A stretch of 64,000 nucleotides of DNA, taken from positions 64,001-128,000 of the forward strand of contig CAWIIV010000006.1 of the NCBI GenBank assembly GCA_963836205.1, written 5' to 3'. The notes beneath the pieces were generated by a model, which was not told the origin of the DNA, ran no database searches, and saw only the letters and a list, made by a program, of their open reading frames with translations. The position numbers and the translations under genes were made by a program. This document shows, piece after piece, positions 62,154-64,000 of this stretch. This stretch comes from an uncultured Acidimicrobiia bacterium. Lineage in GTDB: Bacteria; Actinomycetota; Acidimicrobiia; Acidimicrobiales; AC-14. The stretch's first letter is position 1. The number at the start of each line of letters is the position of its first letter.

Positions 62154-64000
62154 TCACACCACCGACGAGGCGGCCACGACGCCCCGGAACAGGCGGTCGG
62201 CGGCCTGGCCGGCGGCGTCGGCGGTGCGCCTGTCGGGGGCGACGATCGACAGTTGGCGCAGGAGGTCGATGAGCTGCTTGATGTTGCGGACGAAGTCGCC
62301 GCCGGTGACGACCTCGTCGGCGATGACGTCGGCGAGGTCGTCGCCCGACGCCCAACCGTGGGCGGCGGCGAAGAAGCCGGGGTCGGGGGTGCGGGTGAGG
62401 GGCAGCCCGGCGGCGGCCTCGGCCGCGTTGAGGTCGAAGGCCAGCTTCTCCAGCTCGACCCACCGCCGCTGCACCCTCCCCGACGGGAACCACACCTTGG
62501 GCTCCTCGCCCGGCCCGCCCCCCCGATGGCCCGACACCCGCCGGGCCTGGAACGTGAACGACGACGCCAGCGCGGCCAGCGCGGCCGGGCTCCAACTCGT
62601 CGAACAGCCCCTCGCCCAGGGCGTGGGCCACCAGCAGGTCGGACTCGTGGTAGATCCGGGTCAGGCGGCGGCCGGCGTCGGTAAGCATCCAGCCGTCCAC
62701 GTAGCCCCACACGTCGAGCACCCGCAGGACCCGGTCGAACTGGCGGGCCAACGACTCGGTGCGACCCTCGATCCGCCGCTCCAGCCGGCGCAGATCCTTC
62801 TCCAGCCGCTCGGCCCGCTCCGCCGCCCGCAGGTGGCGGCGGGCGTCGGGACAGTCGGCGACCGGGTGCGCCTCCGCCGAACCGGCGACCGAGCGGGGCG
62901 CGTGGCGGGCCGCGCCCTCGCCGGTCCGAGGCTGAGCCTTGACCTTGCCCAGTGCCTGGGCCACCTCCCGTTGGAAGGCGGCGTTGCGGGGGGCAAAGGG
63001 CGTGGGCAGGTCGAGGTGGGCGACCATCTGGGGGGGCGACGTGAAGTCCCGGGCCGAGAGGGTGAGGTAGCGGCGATCGGGCGTGATCGCCCCCAGCCGG
63101 ACCTCCGAGCCCCGGCGCCTGGCCGTCGACAGCACCGCCACCCGTCCCGCCGACTTGCCCCCCGAGAGCAGCAGGACGTCGCCCGGTTTGATCCTCTCCA
63201 GTGCCTCCACCACCGCGTCCCGGGACGACGGCGCCCGCCGACCCCGGTCACCCTCCCCCGTCCTCGCCAGCCGCCGGCGGTACTCCTCCACGTCACCCCG
63301 CTCGCAGGTGGCCTCGGACCGGGCCGTCTCCAGCTGCTGGCGGCTGCGCTCCACCTGCCGCTCCAGGCGGACGACGTCCTTGTCGGCCCGGTACTGGGCG
63401 AAGGACAGGTTGAGCAGGTGGTGGGCCGACTCCGGCGTGTACCGCCGCACCAGGTTGACGGCCATGTTGTACGTCGGCCGGAACGACGACGTGAGGGCGT
63501 AGGTGCGGGTCGACGCCAGCCCCGCCACCTGGTCGAAGGGCACGAACGGCGACCACAGCACCACCGCGTGGCCGACCTCGTCGATGCCCCGCCGCCCGGC
63601 CCGCCCGGTGAGCTGGGTGTACTCCCCCGGCGTGAGGAACTCGTGCTTCTCGCCCGTCCACTTCGACAGCTTCTCGATGACGACGGTGCGGGCGGGCATG
63701 TTGATCCCGAGGGCCAGGGTCTCGGTGGCGAAGACGGCCTTGACCAGCCCCGATTCGAAGCACGCCTCCACTGTCTCCTTGAAGGGAGGGACCATCCCCG
63801 CGTGGTGGGCGGCGAAACCCGCCTCCAGCCCGGCCAGCCACTCCCGGTAGCCGAGGACCTCGAGGTCGTCGTCGGACAGGCCCGACGTGCGGGACTCGGC
63901 GATGGCGCGGATGGCGTCGCGCTCCTCGGCCATGGTCAGGCGCATCCCCGTCATCAGGCACTGGCGGACGGCGTCGTCGCAGGCCGCTCGGCTGAAGATG
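62154..64000 (-). CDS. helY: HelY / Ski2-like helicase, C-terminal part (frameshift near 62590)
   Basis: HHAGMVP, ATETLALGINMPART, QLTGRAGRRG, SSFRPTYNM, GDFVRNIKQLIDLL. Confidence 0.93.

Overview
Very GC-rich bacterial DNA. WhiB, AdnAB, HelY, large NAD-GDH, actinobacterial LexA boxes and leaderless promoters indicate Actinomycetota; Acidimicrobiia is an inference. Many genes, including core ones, are split by 1-nt indels, most likely long-read consensus errors. Left to right: (1) an SOS-box DUF222/HNH gene; (2) a signalling block (repeat-expanded MFS, OmpR regulator, REC-PAS-kinase-REC-GGDEF protein, WhiB, two GAF-ANTAR proteins, ECF sigma); (3) an accessory patch with MazEF, VapBC, a His-less Doc and a Zn-ribbon/HEPN-like gene; (4) a divergent Phe/Tyr catabolic cluster (lrp, acetoacetate-CoA ligase, LLM, gdh / phhA, hppD, fahA, hmgA); (5) more TA and orphan genes with a complete IS256; (6) an orphan phosphoribulokinase; (7) a membrane protein plus an alpha-dioxygenase-like heme enzyme; (8) a LAL regulator whose two flanking promoters share one motif; (9) a GmrSD gene fused to an alkyltransferase-like domain, interrupted by an ISL3 and by an antisense group II intron with an atypical 5' end and domain VI; (10) tRNA-Gly, dut, orn, GDPD, adnAB, yceI, an SOS-box Panacea TA pair and helY. 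No CRISPR array or rRNA was seen. All family calls come from recognising motifs by eye; no database searches were run.
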